Of a stretch of DNA of 64,000 bases, positions 60,988 through 64,000 are shown in pieces (within the stretch, counting starts at the first letter, position 1; each line of letters opens with the position of its first letter). The stretch covers positions 14,632 through 78,631 of the forward strand of contig PSKW01000011.1 in NCBI GenBank assembly GCA_040289265.1. Reading direction: 5' to 3'. Made by a program: the position numbers and the translations under genes. The notes under the pieces were generated by a model. The model did no database searches. It saw only the letters and a list, made by a program, of their open reading frames with translations, and was not told the origin of the DNA. Source of the stretch: Gemmataceae bacterium. GTDB lineage: Bacteria; Planctomycetota; Planctomycetia; Gemmatales; HRBIN36.

Positions 60988-61881
60988 TCACTGAGTCGGT
61001 TTGATTTCCAGGCGACCGAGATCGAGCACGCCCCCGGCGGGTACCTGCACAGGCCGTCCTTGTCGTCCCTCGCGGCCACCGAGATAGCCGATGGCTTCAT
61101 GCCAGACCACCAAACGCTGCTCGCCGGCTGGTGCTTTCATCTCGAATCGTCCTTGCTCGTCGGTAACGGCAAAGTAGGGATGATCGAAAACCCAGGCCCA
61201 ACCACTCATCCAAGGATGGGCTCCGCAGCTGATCTTGATCGCATTGTTTTCCCGCACCAATCCTTTGTCGAAGACGTACTGGCCGCCTGGCGGAATTTGT
61301 ATGTTGTAACTGTTTTTCAGCCCTGTAATAACGACATTGTGGGCGACTGGCGCTGGGTTTTTGGCCACGATCCGCTGCCCTTCGCGCACCGCCAGCACGT
61401 GCGGGTGGAAGTAGCACACCGGTTGATCGAGAACCGCATCGGGCAGTTTTTCGCCCGCTTTGACACCTGTAATCGGCGCACCTGGATTGAAACGCAAAAA
61501 GACCACAACCCATTGCACGCCTTTCGTGTCGGGGTTCACGACCCACTTTTCGTCGAGCAAGGGACCTTTGGAAAGGCAATGATCCTGGTCGCGGTCTACC
61601 TTGAGTTTTTCCCGGGCAGGTATCTTGTCGGCCGCAAAGACCACCTGACCGCGAATGGTTCCGAAACTTTCCTGCAGCGACTCCGCAGCCGACAGCGAAT
61701 TGCCCCGTGTGGTGACGAGGCCACTCGAGCCATGCTCCCTGGAGGGGTGATACCCGGCTAGGATAGTGCCAAAGCCCAGGGCACCCCATGCTACCCAAAA
61801 GGCTGGCGTGCCCGGTATAAAACGAAGCGGTTTGGAAGCCTGCATCATAGTTGCTTTCCTCCCATGCGGCAGTACGGACAT
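60988..61881 (-). CDS. Membrane-anchored cupredoxin-like protein, paralogue of the downstream lipoprotein
   Basis: N-terminal TM; CYFHPHV, HNV, CGAHPWM, DHPYFAVTD, WHE. Start uncertain (61881 or 61848). Confidence 0.8.
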   Translation of the reverse strand: MSVLPHGRKATMMQASKPLRFIPGTPAFWVAWGALGFGTILAGYHPSREHGSSGLVTTRGNSLSAAESLQESFGTIRGQVVFAADKIPAREKLKVDRDQDHCLSKGPLLDEKWVVNPDTKGVQWVVVFLRFNPGAPITGVKAGEKLPDAVLDQPVCYFHPHVLAVREGQRIVAKNPAPVAHNVVITGLKNSYNIQIPPGGQYVFDKGLVRENNAIKISCGAHPWMSGWAWVFDHPYFAVTDEQGRFEMKAPAGEQRLVVWHEAIGYLGGREGRQGRPVQVPAGGVLDLGRLEIKPTQ

Positions 61882-61888
61882 CGGTATT

Positions 61889-64000
61889 TTAGGGGCGCCG
61901 CAGTACCCCAGCAGCCCGTGCCGATGGCGGGGGGTGCTCCAAATAGCCCCACGACATCAGCGCATCACGGACTGCGCGCACTTTCTCCAAAGGCAAAAAG
62001 GCGTATTGGCTGGCCAGGTAGGAATAAACCTGCTCATCGGCACTCCGTGCCAGTGCCCCAGGCCAAATCGGTGCAGCCAGCAGCCCGGTCACGGCTGCCC
62101 CTTGCAAAGCGCCCCGGTTGTGCCTTTGTGCCAGGACATGGCGCATCTGCAAATACGCCTGGTCATGGGCAAAGAACGGGTCGTATTGGGGCATGAGCGT
62201 ATAAGGCAAAAAGCGCTGTGGCAAGGCGATCCAACGCTCGACGTAATCCGGTCGCAGGCGAGCAGCAGCCATGGCTAGAGCCGGCCCGCGCTCCTCCGGC
62301 TTGCCACCGGAGGTCAGTGTACCGATGTCATGGCACTTGAGGCACAGATTGGTGTCGGTGAGCATGCGCCAGCCGACCTCGAAGTAATCTGTTGGCACGC
62401 CGGATTCGACGGTGCCCCCGGCGCCCGTCGTTTGCGCCAGTCCCATCTGCTGCAACCTGGCGAGGTAATCGGCTTGTGCAGCAACGCGACCTTGGGCCAC
62501 TTGGACCGCAGGTGGCGCACTCAGGTAGTCTAGACCCAGAGCGGGATTTTCCAGCCGATCCACGGCGATGAAGTAGTTCACCAGCGCAGCCAGTTCGTCG
62601 TCGCTCAGATGGAAGCGGGGCATGCGCAGATTGCGTGCCACCGCAGGGCGGATTTCCTGGGGCTGACGCAAAAACTCGTAAAGCCACTGCGGCTGTACTT
62701 TCTGTCCTTCGCGATAGAGCACCGGCGGCACTGCGCCCAGCAGGGCTTTGCGTTCCCCGACCAAGTCCTTGTTATCGCGTTGTGCCAACAGACGGAATAG
62801 TACTTCGGTGAAGCGTCCGCCTGTCGGGGGAAATTGTTCCCAGTCTGCGGGCAGCCCAGGCAATTGGTTGAGTCCCGCCGGGAAATCCTGCAGCTCTCGT
62901 TTGTCGTCCACGAAGCGAAGGGCTTCGTACAGGTCTATGGTCACGGTCTTGGGCTCGTCCTCCGGCAGCTGGGCGACGTAAAAAGGCAGCCCGCGCGCCA
63001 GGATCGTATTGCCTTCCACCGGCTTTTGACTGCGCCAAGCGGAATGCTCGTAAAAAGGATGGTCATGCCGCAGCTCATCGCTCTTGCGCCCCAGGTAATC
63101 CTGGAGCATCTGCCGAACGGTTTGCCCTTCCAATTCGCGATCGAGCTGTAAGAGATAACCACCTGGCTTGGTGATATGGCAGCCGATGCAGTTGTAGCGC
63201 TCGAGCAAGGTAATGCCGCGGATTTCGTGTAGCCGATCGGGACTGGGCCGGTAGACGTACTTTTCTGGTATCTGCTCCGCGACCAGCCCCAGAATGAAAG
63301 TCATCACTGCTTCAATGGCCTGCTGCTCTTCGACTTGGGTGCGTCGGGCGAACTCTTCATCGGACTCGCCGCGGTGCTTTTTGGGATGCGCGAAGCGAAA
63401 TTGCGGCATGCGCAAACGATCGTCCCAGGCACGCAGCTTCTCGTAGTCATAGCTGCGCGGTTCGCGCAGCTTCTGGTACAAAAAGCCCTCCCGGCGGTGC
63501 TCGCGCAGCATGTCCAAAAAGAATGGATCGTAGTGCTCGCCGTGGTGGCGCTCCACATAGGCAACGATATTCTCGAAGGCCAGCCGCTCCGGATCTTTTT
63601 TGCCCCAATCGTTGAGCGGTGTGCCGATCGGTTTGGCATTTTCGAAACCGGGGATGTCGTGGCAGGCGTAGCATCCATATCGGCTGATCGTCTTGCGACC
63701 GGCATAGTACCGTAAACGCTCGGCATGTGCCAAGCGCGCGGCAGGCGCATCCTTGGGCTGCTTGTCGCTTTTGAGCAGTATGGCCTCGTCGCTGTCCAGA
63801 CGCGCCAGGTCCTCTGGTTCCAGCCCGTCGCGGACAGCCTTTTCGGCTAGCGATTTGGTCAGTGCCTTGTCGAGGAAAAGGCGCGCGAGCTTTTCCACAT
63901 TGCCTGAGTCTACGTGCACACTTTGCCACTCAGGTGGCGGCGAACCGGATCCTTCCCCGAGTAGCCAAGCGACGATATCCATACGCTCCCTGGGTTCCAG
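61889..64000 (-). CDS. Large multiheme c-type cytochrome, C-terminal part, 5' truncated by the window edge
   Basis: CYACH, CIGCH and CLKCH, each followed by an MP motif (RMPQF, RMPRF, LMPQY); frame is open to base 64000. Confidence 0.88.
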   Translation of the reverse strand: MEPRERMDIVAWLLGEGSGSPPPEWQSVHVDSGNVEKLARLFLDKALTKSLAEKAVRDGLEPEDLARLDSDEAILLKSDKQPKDAPAARLAHAERLRYYAGRKTISRYGCYACHDIPGFENAKPIGTPLNDWGKKDPERLAFENIVAYVERHHGEHYDPFFLDMLREHRREGFLYQKLREPRSYDYEKLRAWDDRLRMPQFRFAHPKKHRGESDEEFARRTQVEEQQAIEAVMTFILGLVAEQIPEKYVYRPSPDRLHEIRGITLLERYNCIGCHITKPGGYLLQLDRELEGQTVRQMLQDYLGRKSDELRHDHPFYEHSAWRSQKPVEGNTILARGLPFYVAQLPEDEPKTVTIDLYEALRFVDDKRELQDFPAGLNQLPGLPADWEQFPPTGGRFTEVLFRLLAQRDNKDLVGERKALLGAVPPVLYREGQKVQPQWLYEFLRQPQEIRPAVARNLRMPRFHLSDDELAALVNYFIAVDRLENPALGLDYLSAPPAVQVAQGRVAAQADYLARLQQMGLAQTTGAGGTVESGVPTDYFEVGWRMLTDTNLCLKCHDIGTLTSGGKPEERGPALAMAAARLRPDYVERWIALPQRFLPYTLMPQYDPFFAHDQAYLQMRHVLAQRHNRGALQGAAVTGLLAAPIWPGALARSADEQVYSYLASQYAFLPLEKVRAVRDALMSWGYLEHPPPSARAAGVLRRP

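Overview
This is a GC-rich (about 60% by eye) chromosomal window from a Planctomycetota bacterium. The 16S signatures and PVC-type proteins support the phylum; a Gemmatales-like placement is inferred. Most genes are housekeeping or envelope genes: an FAD/Fe-S oxidoreductase, a DtxR/MntR regulator, a MoxR-DUF58 operon, cobA-hemD, thiE, gpsA, rpmB-gatC-gatA-(membrane protein)-gatB-mazG, ABC/MFS/DAACS transporters, lpxB, a lipoate ligase, a Gfo/Idh/MocA enzyme and a multiheme cytochrome c with two cupredoxins. I saw no tRNA, transposase, prophage or CRISPR array. The features most worth following up are: (1) an exported A-B-B'-A' cluster of two redoxin/heme-c/PHM-like copper monooxygenases flanking two retropepsin-PDZ proteases, possibly a peptide cleavage-and-oxidation system; (2) a TGTAC-N4-GTACA palindrome overlapping the -10 box of a DNA-repair radical SAM gene (candidate planctomycete LexA box), divergent from an uncharacterised winged-helix plus AAA+ ATPase operon; (3) two tandem giant membrane-anchored pseudo-caspase proteins, one carrying a vWA domain; (4) a self-contained orphan 16S rRNA unit with promoter, boxB/boxA, processing stems and terminator; (5) a ClpN-ThiD2-ThiE fusion; (6) a REP-like inverted repeat built from 9-nt units. 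All family assignments come from reading motifs by eye, without database searches.
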